Source of the DNA: Tubulanus polymorphus
Taxonomy: Eukaryota; Animalia; Nemertea
Assembly: GCF_964204645.1 (NCBI RefSeq)
Contig: NC_134030.1
Coordinates: 17,298,110 to 17,362,109 of the forward strand
Direction of reading: 5' to 3'
DNA: 64,000 bases
In this document: piece by piece, positions 36,817 through 50,351 of the stretch
Position numbering within the stretch: position 1 is the first letter of the stretch
How the letters are laid out: each line of letters opens with the position of its first letter
Program-made: the position numbers and the translations under genes
The notes under the pieces: model-generated
The model's database searches: none
The model's input: the letters and a program-made list of their open reading frames with translations, nothing else
Told to the model about the DNA's origin: nothing

Positions 36817-38112
36817 TAAGTCTGAAAAATGAATATATTACTGTTATTTGTGATGGCAAACAAGGTTGTGGAGTTATGTTAAATTCATGTCATCTGGATG
36901 TTATTTAGGTGAACAATGATAATCATCGCTAAAGTTTTGAGAAAAATCATTTTTTGTTTGATATTGCTACAAGCTTCATAGAATTTCTGTTGTTGTATAC
37001 GTCCGGTGGTGATTCACGGCGAATAGCTGTTCTCTCAAAGATGATAGCGAGGAGTGAGTAAATCACAATGCGTGCGGAAGAAAAAGTTAGTTCAGCAAAT
37101 CTGTTTAGTAGTATTTTAGATTAGCGAATCATTTAATTAACATAACCAAAAACAGTTAAATTTCCCAACGCTACAAAACTCGAATTCATCAAAACACTCA
37201 AAGTCCATTTTCAACCATACGAAAATAAAGGTAATATATAACCATCAGAAGCAATATTAATAATTACAAATCAGTATAAAATCTTATTTTTGCGATTTCT
37301 TTAAATCTCAATGTTCAGTGAAATGGCGGTGCGCAGTGGGAGACCCCTTTTGCGCGTAATCTCAAACTCAAGCGGCTACAGATCAGTCGTCAGTAAAGAT
37401 ATTCAAAAGAATTTAACGCAGGCTTAAACTGCAAATAACCCTATTAACCTCTGTGAAAATAGGAAATATAGCTTTAAGAGATACTTAGATGTTTTAAAAT
37501 TAATAAATATTGCGATTTCTTTTACGCGCGGTTAAGATATGCGGTCCTTGGTTTCACATCGTCACTGTTCTCAAATGTTGCGTTCAAAAATTCCAAGAAT
37601 CGCCAGCAAATATCTGCATTTCATTTCCTTTAAAATGGTGTATAAATTGATTTCATCGAGCACGGGACTGCAGAACTATATGATATTCAACCTAAACTTA
37701 TGTTTTAAAAATGAGCGCAAATTATCGCAACAATGGGGACCTCGAGGGACCGCCACAAAATGGCGCCTAGAAACTGGAAACTTCTTTATTAACAGTTATG
37801 ACACTGGGTTGCTTGCTCCAGATCCATCCAAAAATGGGATGACCATGAGTAAGAGAATCGGAATTTTAAGAATGCCGCCTCTCTCTACAAAAAGGGTCCG
37901 AGTCATGATAGAGCAGAGTTTGATTCGGGTGTTCGATTTGATGACGGTCACCAACAGCTGTGTAAATAAATATTTCAGCCGACATGCGTGAGTTTTCGGC
38001 TTAGAAAATTCGACTTGTACATAGAAATTAATTGGGGAAGGAAAAGAAAAAACCGTACATCACAATTCTGGCTGATTTGTACGTTTTTTCCGATATTCAA
38101 GTGTCCGACTTA
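36817..38112. mobile_element. Possible non-autonomous DNA transposon with degenerate TIRs
   Basis: TAAGTCTGAAAAATGAATA versus reverse complement TAAGTCGGACACTTGAATA. Non-coding interior. Confidence 0.3.
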
Positions 38113-38190
38113 TGCATGGTCTACTGTACTAAAACTAGGCTTCCTCGGCGCATTCTTGCTATCTAAAAAAACCAATTTGGGGCCTATCTA

Positions 38191-40125
38191 TATTTGATTT
38201 ATTTGATTTATTTTGCATAAATAATTGGTACAAGGATTATAACATAATAGTTATTACATAATATATAGTCGGTGTAACAATAATTTATGCGAGGAATTGA
38301 AGAAAAGCCAATAAGGCTTAAACTAGTCTGAAATCCCTCACCACATACGCTCACATTCTCGCAATCATACGCACACCACACACATACGTTACTAGAGACA
38401 CTCTAAAAGATATAAATATAAATTAGACTTGAAGTCAGAACACACAATTATGGTTACTAGTAATTAGACAAGAGCAGACTTCTGAGACTGTAACGAAATA
38501 TACTTAAATGGGGCTGATTTTTCAATTCAGATGGTAGATTGTTCCAGTATTTTGCACCTTGAATTTTAATACTTCTAGATTTTATATTAGTTTTGGAAAA
38601 TTCGATGAAAAGATCATTGATTCTGCGCGTGTTGCGCCAATTAGGTCTAGTACGCCGAAAAATGAAGAAGTCTTCAAAAAGGTCAGGTAACAAATTATTA
38701 ATTTGACAGAAGGTGAAAGTTCCAAGCTGTTGTTTATAAATATCACATAATTTCAGGATTTTGAGTCTTTTGAAAATTGGTGACGTGTGTTCTAACCAGT
38801 CAGAACGCGTTACAGTACGTATTGCTCTTTTCTGGAGAACAAAAAGAGGGTTTAAATAGGTACAACAAGCATTTCCCCATATAACATTGGCATAATCCAA
38901 ATGTGAATGGACAAAACAATGGTATAAATTTTTCAAAATGTCTGGAGATAAGTAATTTTTCAACCGGTTAATGATGCCAATGCCACGTGAGACTTTTTTA
39001 CAAACAAAATTGATGTGTTCCTTCCATGTTAAATTTTGATCAAAAATTATGCCTAGAAATTTTGTGCTTGTTACTCTTTTTATCGGTTGACCATCTAAGC
39101 GTATATTTAGATCCGGAAAAAATCTGTTGCCAAAAATAATGTAATTTGTTTTATCTATATTAACGGAAAGGCGATTCGCTCTGAACCAGTTGAGGAGCTG
39201 ATTTAACTCTCGGTTAAGAATGCCCTCTAACTTTTTATAATTAGAGTTACTACAAAAAAAGTTGCTATCGTCAGCAAAAAATATAGAGTCTAATAATTTA
39301 CAAGCATTAGGACAGTCGTTTATGTATACTAGAAACAAAATAGGTCCTAGTATGGAACCTTGTGGAACACCGGATGTTATATCCGCAGTTAAGGATAAAG
39401 TATTTTTATACTTGACCGCTTGTTTTCGACCTGTGATATAACTTTGAAACCAGTTTAGTGGAATGCCACGAATTCCATAGTGCTCAAGTTTAGAAATCAG
39501 GATATCAAACTTAAGGGTGTCAAATGCCTTTGACAGGTCAATAAATACCCCTGCAGTAAAAAGGCCCTTATCAAGGGCACTAGATAATTTATTGGTAATG
39601 AGAGATAAAGCGAGTGTAGTTGAGTACTTTTTCCTGAAACCAAATTGGTGTTGATTAAAAAGTTTAGAGTTTTTCAAAAAATTTGTTAAGTCTGTCATAT
39701 ACGATTTTTTCCAATATTTTTGATATAGACGGCAAGACGGAAATAGGGCGGTAATTACTGAATAGATTATTATTTCCACTTTTATAGATTGGAGTAACAT
39801 GAGCTATGTTGAATGCACTGAAGTGAAACTGCAGTTGAATATATGGCATAGAGGTTGTGAAATTATAGAAATAATCGATTTAAGTAACTTCATACTTATG
39901 TTATCAAAGCCACTTGAAGGTTTTGACTTGAAATTAGAGACAATTAATTCAATTTCCTCTGGGTACATGTTGGTGAGAGGAAAAAATTTTCACATACATT
40001 TTCACCTAAGTAATCTTTAAAGTTTTTCTCGGAAATTGGTATTTGAGATTCCTATGACCGCGCAGCGTTTACAAAATACTCATTGAAACTTTCAGCAATT
40101 TCTTGCTCATTTTTTAGAACATACA
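38191..40125 (-). mobile_element. 5'-truncated non-LTR retrotransposon (CR1/L2 group LINE)
   Basis: RT motifs NYRPISVLP, QFGFRK, FIDLSKAFD, GVPQGSILGPILF, FADD and KFLG. 3' tail of short repeats (AAATAAATC)n. Confidence 0.92.
38457..39849 (-). pseudogene. LINE ORF2 reverse transcriptase domain (frameshift near 39670)
   Basis: ORFs 39664-39849 and 38457-39800 join into one RT domain plus C-terminal region. Confidence 0.92.
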
Positions 40126-40925
40126 TACGTACTGGAGACAAAGAGACGATACCAGATTTGATTCCCACTCATCAAGTTTATATAATAGATCTTTTCTTGG
40201 AAAATACCATTTATCTGGAAAATACCATTTATCTGGCAAAAAAAAACCCAATCAGTCTGACTTATTATTTAAGATGTGGTGTAGTATATATGTTTTTTCA
40301 ATGTGGCCTTTAAAACTTCAAGAAATAGCTAAAGGTGCAAGAAATCGCGATGACACATACGTACACAGTTTGTTTTGATTACACACCGCGAACTGATGCT
40401 CACAGCTGTCAACCCATTGATAAAATTTTTTGTTTGAATTGAAGTACATAATAATGGGAAATTCGGTTCCGGTTCATTCAACCAATCTTCCAATCAGTCT
40501 GAACCGGCAAGCGACGATATAGGGTTAACATAGTTGCTAATTTAATACATCGAGATTTTCGATAACTATAATACAAGGTTGAAGATCTTTTTGTTTCCAT
40601 TTTCAAATTTTTTTGTCGTTTTCTACCAGTAAATAGTCCGATAATGGTTTTTTTTGGTATTTTCTCGGGTAGATGTTGATGTAAAAGTCCTCTAAATTGA
40701 AAGTTCCGCGTGTTGACTAGATGAAAGAGCACATTTCGATACACAAATTGTGAGGGGAGGGAAGGGCGCTCCATAGAAACAACGAAAGGCGGTTGTATTG
40801 AGCCTGTAAGGCTTAATACGCATTGACATTAACAAGTACAACACACATGTGACAAACCAGTACAACTAATTCCGATTGGATTAAATTAAATTTAGAATTG
40901 CGAAGTTTCATTGCGGCTGATAAGC

Positions 40926-41044
40926 AAAAGATCCAAGGTTAAAGCCGGCGCACACCTTTACGACCATCGTATAATCGTATGATCGCATTCGACGATGCGA
41001 TGATATGATCAATCGTTAAGGTGTGTGCCGACCTTGGATCTTTT
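40926..41044. repeat. Short inverted-repeat element (MITE-like)
   Basis: AAAAGATCCAAGGT..CGGCGCACACCTT / AAGGTGTGTGCCG.ACCTTGGATCTTTT. Confidence 0.6.
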
Positions 41045-43118
41045 GCGACCAAGAATAATCTGACTATGGATGAAGTCCGACTTTGAATGATCGGATTACA
41101 AGCCTTATTCCACAAACTATAACGGCTTGATAATTTATTTCTTTTGACGGAACATTCAAATCAACAATGCCAAGACACGATTTAAGAACACTCACACATT
41201 TTGTTTATTTTTTCTATTCTAATCCACTAACAACAACTAAAAATATTTACTGCTGATATGTATCGTCCCCCAAGCCCGGAAAATGGGTCGGAACTGGGAA
41301 GAAAATACGTAGCCTCGGACGTTTGGTGAGTGATTTTTACTGATTTTATATTTTGGGGCCAAGAAAAGTACTACTATAGAACTTTCCAACATACGATTCT
41401 TTGGAAAAGAGAATAGAAAGTCGTGATCATCAAATTCATCCAATGAGTGATTTTTCGACTTATTTTGCTGTCTGACATAGACAAGGTTTTTAAGATCTTT
41501 ATCGCATTGGGTTGGATACATGAACGGGAGGCGATGTTGAAACCATGATTGTAACTAGCGCGTTCTATTCCTGGAGAAAGCAGCTGCAGCTACAGCGTAG
41601 AAAGGTTCAAGCATATACATTCTCATCCAAATGCAGCAAGGCGTCAGTAGGCACGCTGTTTTCACACTGGATATGTAGATGTTTGAAGCAAAATACCGGT
41701 GAGTACAGTTTTCTGTTATTTCACCTTAGAATAAGATCGCTAGACGTATAATGCAGTCAGTATATGCTCAACAGCACTTCGTCTGGTCTGCGGGCTCTGG
41801 CCGATTGCGGCCCCCACGTGCATATCTAATCATCGTTATTTTAGCGAACGCGGAAAAATAAATTTCAACGCGCTATACGTGCCTATCTTGGTTTTTGATA
41901 TCTCGGATTGGTGTTAAAAATACGTAGGACAAAATATTTCAGAATGTTCTAGTTCCGTCTTCATTAAATTTCAGTGATGATGAGGATCGGAAAGATTTTC
42001 ACATATTTGTCATGTGGTAAACAGTTGAATTCGCATGTTGCTTAAGAGTATGGCAAGCCATATGCGATGGGCCTGTTGCAACGCCTAACGTATATACTCG
42101 CACTCAATACGTGCCACAAATAGTGCAACCATGATACGATATATATGATCGGGTTGGTTTTTGCGCGATAGGATTTGTTTTAAGGATGACGAGAAAAATA
42201 TTTATACGGACAGAATCAGCCACCATACTTATTCCGATGGACGTCAAGTCATTTGCTCTCTGATATTTCTGAGAAGTTTGTTCGAAACAGCTCTTGTCTG
42301 GTCTATTATTATAGTTGAAAGTAAGAAACACATGCAATCATGATTCATTTTTGTATTCGGGTGATCTCTGGACAGATTTTCGTTATATAAGCTTCGTGCT
42401 TTTTGGTTTCTCTTTGTTTAAATCATCTCACGGTTGCTCATCAGGAAGAGGCGGCACTTCCTTCGAAGGTACTCGGAAGGTATCTTTTTTACAGCATACG
42501 TATGATTTTAGAAAGCTGTAATGTGTATCACGACGCTTCTCGTAAAAACTGCCTCCTGCGCACAATCGCATCGTCGATAATTTTTAAACATCTTCAAGAG
42601 TTGTATTTGTTCTATTTTTCCAGAGAATGTTCATGATTTAGATTGTAGGAGGATTTTTCACTATAACTTATATAGATCATTTGATAATATCTCCGAGGAA
42701 GATATATTCCATTGTAGTTACTATGATTGCTTTAATTTCGAATAAGAATTACGAGAAAAGACGTGATTTCAGGTCTCTCCCCGTAGCCTGATGATTAAGA
42801 ACTAAAGAGGTAATATATGAGTCAGCACTCCTGTTGAAGTACGGTTCGTACGTATATATGTAACTGGACGTATATATGTAACTGAAAGCTATTGGATTAT
42901 AGCGACTATTGGATAGACACTCTGAAATTTCATAGAACGAATGCACACGGATTAGGCTACTTTGATGCTGTTGGCTTCTTAGATGTTAATGCTTTATCAA
43001 CAATAGAACACAACTAAAACGCTCTACATACGCATAAAACCCTTGTAATAAAAATTCCACTGTATAATACGTGATTCTAGAATAGAACGATAACCACTCT
43101 CAAACGTGGTGAACGAAT

Positions 43119-43355
43119 AATAAGATAAAAAGCCACTATCTACAAATTAAAAGAATTTAAAAAACAAGAAATTTATTAATTCGAACATTCTGAAATATAT
43201 AAAATATACGACGTGAGAAATACACGTCACACCTGACGATGATATCTAGGGTGAGATCGAAACGACGTGCATTTTATATATTTTAGATTGTTCGAATTAA
43301 TAAATTTCTTGTTTTTAAATTCTTTTAATTTGTAGATAGTGGGCTTTTATCTTAT
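43119..43355. mobile_element. Penelope-like inverted terminal-repeat remnant with a degenerate hammerhead (43230-43269, + strand)
   Basis: ~90-bp inverted arms around CAC-CTGACGA-T-GATATC-TAGGGT-GAGATC-GAAAC-GAC-GTG. Related fragment at ~29664-29793. Confidence 0.65.
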
Positions 43356-43724
43356 AATACGTAATCCTATTATCACCCCCGGCTACATAAAAATCTGGAC
43401 CCCACAAATTTAATCTAGAATTCTGAAAAAATCAAACACACGTACAATGTGGATATGTTATACCATAAATGGAAAATGAGATTGCTTATCAATCATATAG
43501 TTTTTTTTACAGCGGGCACTTTCGACCTGCCGCTTGCGAAAAGGTCGACAACACGGCACTTAGGGCTCCTAAAAGCGTTGTATATGTACCCCCGATTGGG
43601 CGATGTAATAAATAGACCAATGAACGGTTTGCGGCCAGTGTTTGCCAGTGTTTGCGTTGGCAATCAAACCCTGGCAAGCGAGGATGTACGAGAACGTCGT
43701 ATGAACACTACTCCAGCTGCATTT

Positions 43725-44120
43725 ATTGGATGACGACAGAAAGCCTGCCGCGCAAGCAATAATTACATAACGCAAAAACAGCCGGCTTTAACCGACTTTG
43801 AATTTTGAAAGCCCGAATCATGAAATGGTCGTGTATAGATGTAATACAACCATACGCAATTGCTCGTAGGTACAACGCACACGAAGACTGCGAAAGTAGC
43901 CTTTCTCAAATTACCTTCCAACGGTTCACATCCACGCTTATGTGAGCCTAATTTGGATTAGGCCTACCAAACCAATGACAGATAAATGATCTCAGCCCCT
44001 GAACTACCACGACCAAAGTGATCAAGGACAAACATAATAAACTAAGTTCCATATAAAAAATAAATGTCTTTTATTATCATATACTTCTTGTCTTAATATG
44101 AAATGAGAATACAGATCAGC
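43725..44120. repeat. Interspersed repeat, diverged copy of 2446-2850
   Basis: Shared blocks GCAAGCAAT.ATTACATAACGC, CTCGTAGGTACAACGCACA, AGCCCCTGAACT and GTCTTAATATGAAATGA. Confidence 0.8.
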
Positions 44121-44156
44121 AGTATCATACCGGTACACTTACGTATCACTTGGTAC

Positions 44157-47100
44157 TGTTGTGGGGTTGCTTTCGGTTCTCCAACAATGTTGTGGGGTTG
44201 AGTTTCTCAACCAATCGTTGTGGGGGCCACGTTGCGTTCTCCCCTCGTGTTGTCGTTATTGGTTCCGATTAATCCGATAAGTGATATCCCTCTGACTCCG
44301 GAATAATAACAACTCTTCTCGTGGGTCTACGTTCTTTCTTTATTTTCCCGCTCAATTCTTATTCCTTCCTACAGCTCGTATTTTTAGACTTCTCCGCCAC
44401 TCTCGCATCTCTCTCCCCCTTACTGTGCTGACCCTCCCTTTTTATCTTATTTCAAGTTACTCGTGACGTATACTTCTACATATGTTATACGTCACGAGTT
44501 TATTACTTGTTTACTTCCTAACCAGAGCTCAAGGCTGCCGCTATAACCAGCAACCCTACGCAGATACTCACGTCACTTTCACCTATCTTCTATTCAGTGT
44601 CTTATGTGCGACGTAAGCATCTACGTAGGTTGTTTACTAACTTCAGCCACTGCCCTGAACTCTGGCTTCCCTCCCTCTATGCAAACTACTAATTTATCAC
44701 CCCAATACTATCCTCCTCCCCAGACGATTGGTCCCCAATCGCCAAAAATCCACAAGACCCTATTGTAGTTTCCCACAAAAAAAATCTTTTCAAAAGTGTA
44801 CAGGCTTCAGAACATCATTTATAAGCAACATCTCTTACAACTTAAAGCCAGCCGCAGGGTAATGAAAATTACAACAAAACCTTCAGAACATCAAGACTAA
44901 TGATACACAACCACCATTCCGTACATCAATTTACAACACCTGTAAAGTAGCCATAAATCACAATTTCTGACCCTTTCCCCTATTATCCCATCCCGCATAA
45001 CTTCTACCTAAACTAAGCAACACACCCCACTCATCATCAGTTCATCTTATTCATCAACGAGACCTACATGGACCCCATAGAATTATACGGTAAGCCAAAA
45101 AAATTTCTAAACTTATAAACTTAACACACGAACTTTATCTAAGGGAAAGTAATCATCTACAAATATCAAATATGAGACTCTTTTCATCAGTAATATATAA
45201 CAATTATGAGGCATGTACATCTGTATATTGATCTTACATTTAATGAGAACAAGCCTATACAATTGTAGTCATGCAAAAAAAAACTTATCAAACACAACTT
45301 CCCAAATAGCTTACATAGACAATCACCCATTTCTCTATATCCACATTCATGTAGTCTAATAATTTAACAATATATCACCAACCACTTCAACTTTCTGACT
45401 CTCCTCGTTCTCGTTGTCTTTACCAAAAAAATAATTAGTGTGTGCAGCCTAATTTGTCTTTAAAATTACCATTGCAAACACGTCAATTTCCCACTGTCCA
45501 AACTATCAGCCGTTACCTTAACCGATATCAGATGATTTGTCAAACCTGTCCCGACCCCAATCAACGACGTAAATTAATACAGATGCCAGATACATCATTT
45601 AGTTGATTATTATGTGCCCAGCACACGTTGGCAACAGACATGCTCAACAATGAATTCACGAACAATTTCATAATAATTTTTCTATGTGTACGTAACATAA
45701 AGGTAAGCCAAAACATACCAAAAATGAATATACCGCATGCGTACATTTGCATTATTGAGATGTCAGCTGCTAGTCCCCACCCATTGCCTCAGAAAGCACA
45801 TTTATCCGTAGTCTAGGCAGGGATAACATGAACTGCTATTTGCGGCTTGGAACCGTTGAAATAGACAGGCAGGCCGCCATATATTTATGGAAGGATGTCA
45901 TAAAGTGACCACAAAACTCATTAAGATGCATCACCCAAAAGTTAGGGAAAATTCCTCTGGACACTACTCATTCAGTGCCATTCAAACAGCCGATTCTCAA
46001 AAATTATCGTTAACTCCTGGGCCTATGGTCTTCCAAACCACCCACATCTGATATTCGAATTGTTCTAATTCCTTCCCGCAAATCAGGGGATATAACCCCA
46101 CATGTAAAACGGCCGACACATCATCCTGTATATAAACCGGTCAAGACGGACTGAAAGTTCGGAAAAAAACAGAGCGCTCACACATCCCTGCAATCTACGA
46201 CCATTCAGTTAAGATACCCAATCTACCGAATAATACTTATCATACTTATTGTATTACGCAATGAGCAACCCTTTACTTCTAAAAAAACCAATCCCCTGAA
46301 TGGCCATTTCAGCATACCAAAAATAGCTGTATCGTGACATTTCTCATTTCCGTATCATCCCCCATGTCACGCCTTACCGGAGTAAATAAAATCAATGGAT
46401 AAATAGGGAACCGGCCGACGAATCACCCATTTGGTATTTCTTGATATTCGACCCTAATTATGCCCAACATATATATCCAATCTCTCCCAGAGGCCAGCCA
46501 CTAAACATTATACTGTTTCAAAGGATCTTCAGAATTCATCCTTCGGGCTATAATCCCCCGTTTTATTCCGGACCACCCCTAGAGCATCCCTTACTCTTCA
46601 TCCAGGTCCCTGGTCCACCTTAATTCATCTCATATAAACTACTCTATTCAAACCCCCTCCGGTAAGATTCACCACTGAGCGCCCAATCTAACCTTTGCAC
46701 AATAAACATATTCTATACTAACTCGCGATACTCATTATATTTCTTAAAACCACATAAACACCACAGTTATTTGTTAGGTATATACAGGCAGTGAGCGCTT
46801 TTAATCGTTACACTGATAACCAAGTGGCTTACCTAGACTAATAAATCATTCTTTCGCGAAATACCATCCAGCAAATTTAGCAAACTATAAAAGATTTACG
46901 TAGTGCATATTTATATCTACGTAGATACAATAACCCAGCACACAAGCAACTTAAAAACGTTCTAATCATTTAATCATTCTACAAAAGCAATCAAAACATG
47001 CAGAAATACATATCATATTATTTACAATTACTATAAGCCGCAATCGTAGTCCGTTGAACGTCTCCAAGGTCGATTTCCCGTAGCAGATCTATGAACTGTC

Positions 47101-48199
47101 CGATGATGAAATGCGTTTGTATAATGCCTCTAATACTCCACTGTTTTTCATTTATCGCGCTATGATCGCAGAATCACTTCGTTTCCGAACGCCATTATGT
47201 CCGTTAATTCACACGAATCTAAAATTCGGAGTAGTGAATCCAATTTGCTGCCATGTAAAACGTAGTGTCCAAAACACGATCTTACGAAAACGCCACACCA
47301 AATCGGATAATTCAATTAATTTAAATATGGAAAGAAACAACTACTTTCCGCTCTGGAAGCTCTATAATTCATTTCAACTGAATATGACGATATGAAGATC
47401 ACACATTTCTCGAATAAGACAAACAAACAGCTATTAAATCCAGACGGGAATGATTTTTATACACAGATCGAGTTATCCGCAATATTTCAACTTAACCCGC
47501 GGTAGCGGCCCGTATTTCATGTAATTATAACGGTTACGCAATGTAACGTTCATCTTACACTTTTACTTCATCCCTGTTCACTCACCAAATATACACGATC
47601 GCTTGGCAGCGAGAGGTGCAGGATACACACTGTTCTCCACCAATGTTGTGGGGTTGCTTTCGGTTCTCCAACAATGTTGTGGGGTTGAGTTTCTCAACCA
47701 ATCGTTGTGGGGGCCACGTTGCGTTCTCCCCTCGTGTTGTCGTTGTTGATTCCGATTAATCCGATAAGTGATATCCCTCTGACTCCGGAATAATAACAAC
47801 TCTTCTCGTGGGTCTACGTTCTTTCTTTATTTTACCGGACAATTCTTATTCCTTCCTACAGCTCGTATTTTTAGGCTTCTCCGCCACTCTAGCATCTCTC
47901 TCCCCCTTACTGTGCTGACCCTCCCTTTTTATCTTATTTCAAGTTACTCGTGACGTATACTTCTACATATGTTATACGTCACGAGTTTATTACTTATTTA
48001 CTTCCTAGCCATACCAGAGCTCAAGGCTGCCGCTATAACCAGCAACCCTACGCAGATACTCACGTCACTTTCACCTATCTTCTATTCAGTGTCTTATGTG
48101 CGACGTAAGCATCTACGTAGGTTGTTTACTAACTTCAGCCACTGCCCTGAACTCTGGCTTCCCTCCCTCTATGCAAACTACTAATTTATCACCCCAATA
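44157..48199 (-). mobile_element. Complete non-coding LTR element (LARD-like)
   Basis: Near-identical LTRs 44157-44707 and 47644-48199. TSD GTAC. PBS TGGTGGAGAACA (tRNA-Ala type). PPT GGGGAGGAGGATAG. The 2.9-kb interior has no ORF over 100 aa. Confidence 0.92.
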
Positions 48200-49325
48200 G
48201 TACACTCTGATTTCTCTCTTTATTACAGATAATTGATTCATGGAAATTACAAATATAAGAAGTTGTGCTTACATACTGAATGAATGGCCACATCCAAAGA
48301 AATACTTGAACATGTACACTGTCTATTGCAACTTGTTTGACCGGAAGCCGGGTGCCATAACTCGGTCAGTTTTGGTAGTAAACTTGATCAACTGACGTAT
48401 TATGGCATGGATATAACGTCAAAATGATACATCAAATTTACCATGTTAAAATTTCATTTTTACCCTTTAAAACTAAATATCGAATTTTCTCGTCAACTCA
48501 ACATAAAATGCTCGTCAAAACATCGAATTGTAACGCGTCAAATATAATCTCATATGTACTGACAAAACCAAATCGCTATCGTAGATATACTGTCAAAATT
48601 CATTATCATTTGAGGCGTAAAAATCGCTATCGCAGATACGTATGCTGTCAAAATTAAAACTTCATTTTTGCCAATCACCCGTCAAACAAAAATATCGTTT
48701 ATACCCGTCAGTAACATCGATTTTACCCGTCAAACGCATCGCACATGGCGATGATCGAGGGAGGGGTGCTGCTATATATTCTGAATGAAAGGAGTATAGA
48801 ACATCACCGTCGGGATCGCATTTCCTTACCCGATATGGTAAACTGACCGACGGTTCAACTCTCTACATGAAATGAATGAGGCGAAATGCAGATGAATCAT
48901 GGAATGAAATGATGTTATTTAATGCATACATATGATACAATACATGGGCTATATATCAGTTGCCCCACCTTCCAAAGGATTCGACCCCGAATCGTAAAAA
49001 AAAAAACTATGAAAGCTTAATACATATTAATATAGAGACACATTGTTGATGGATGATTAAGAGTAAAGTAGGATTGATAGTAAAATGTAAATAGTAGATA
49101 GTCGGTAAAATGTAAATAATAAATATCCCCAACTCTCTACTGTTGTGGGTGTGGAACTCCACCTATGTTGTGGTTGGTATATCTTTCAGTGCTGAATCCT
49201 GATTGGGCTGTCCTACTAGCGTCGTGGTAATAATTCTTCTAGATGATGTTGCGAGGACACTCTCTCAGATCAGTTCTCCGTCCTTGGTATTGACTCTACA
49301 CTGCTCCAGAAATAACTTAACAATG

Positions 49326-50351
49326 CGGTGTTGTCATAACGCGGAAAGACGGAATCGCGGAATTTTCCAAAACGCGGAATTTCTTCATTTTTACTTTAAA
49401 TAGAAAACGGGTTTTCCCACGGGGATACCCACTGTCGGACAGGGCACCGGACCGATCGATGCAACGAGTTAGGTTCGAGTCCCATTATTTGCAGGCAATT
49501 TTATATGGAATTATTATATTACGATACCGTTGACTGGCTGCCACGTGTAGAAGAAGTCAGATCAAGTGGGGTGAAAGAGACCAGGCACCTAATGTCTATT
49601 TCTACTAGGCAAACTTCGGTTATCGAAGTTCATCGACTTTTTGAGAACTTCAGAAACGAATATTATCAGATAAATATTGAGCACGTTCGCGGTGTCGGAC
49701 CGTAGTTGTAGATGGTTGCAAACATGAAATCCTACGGCCAAACAAGTACCGGTTCAAATTCCTTCGTCAAATTCGTCCAGTACCGGTACCAATAAGATTA
49801 TTTTGATCCAAATAATCAGCATAGGAACATATGTTATAGCAGTCACAAAGTAAACATTAAAAAAAACGAAACCATTTTATAATCTTTCATATCATTTAAT
49901 TCTAAAAGATAAACCACATTCGCTTATAACAACAATGTAGACTCCCAACACGCATGAACAATCCTAAGCCAGAATGAAATATACATAATGTCTATTTATT
50001 TTCGTCTGACATCGATCCAGTTCCACAGTTGTGAGTTAACTCTGACTCTACGTTTACGTACCATCGATTTGTATTCCTTCAGTTAATGCAGCGATACTCT
50101 GTATCACTGAATTCGCAAAGCACGTATTGCCTAGGTTCTACATTATTTGGAACAGTATCGTTAAGTTGTTGACTGGCGATATAATAAATTATCAAATACT
50201 AATTCCCGGTGTTGAAAACCTGGGTCCGATGCCCTGTCCGACAGTGGGTATCCTCGTGGGAAAATCCGTTTACTATTTATAGTAAAAATGAAGAAATTCT
50301 GCGTTTTTGGAAAATTCCGCGATTCCGTCTTTCCGCGATATGACAACACCG
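49326..50351. mobile_element. MITE with ~125-bp TIRs replacing the env 3' half and most of the 3' LTR
   Basis: CGGTGTTGTCATA.CGCGGAAAGACGGAATCGCGGAATTTTCC at both ends. The flanks do not form a TSD. Confidence 0.85.

Noticed and set aside
37539-43775. Short ORFs of 60-150 aa outside the LINE
   Set aside because: No recognisable motifs or splice-consistent structure. They are probably chance ORFs in repeat-derived DNA.
48745-48995. Possible tRNA-derived SINE (B-box-like GGGTCGAATCC on the minus strand)
   Set aside because: No A-box, cloverleaf, TSD or second copy is visible, so it cannot be supported.
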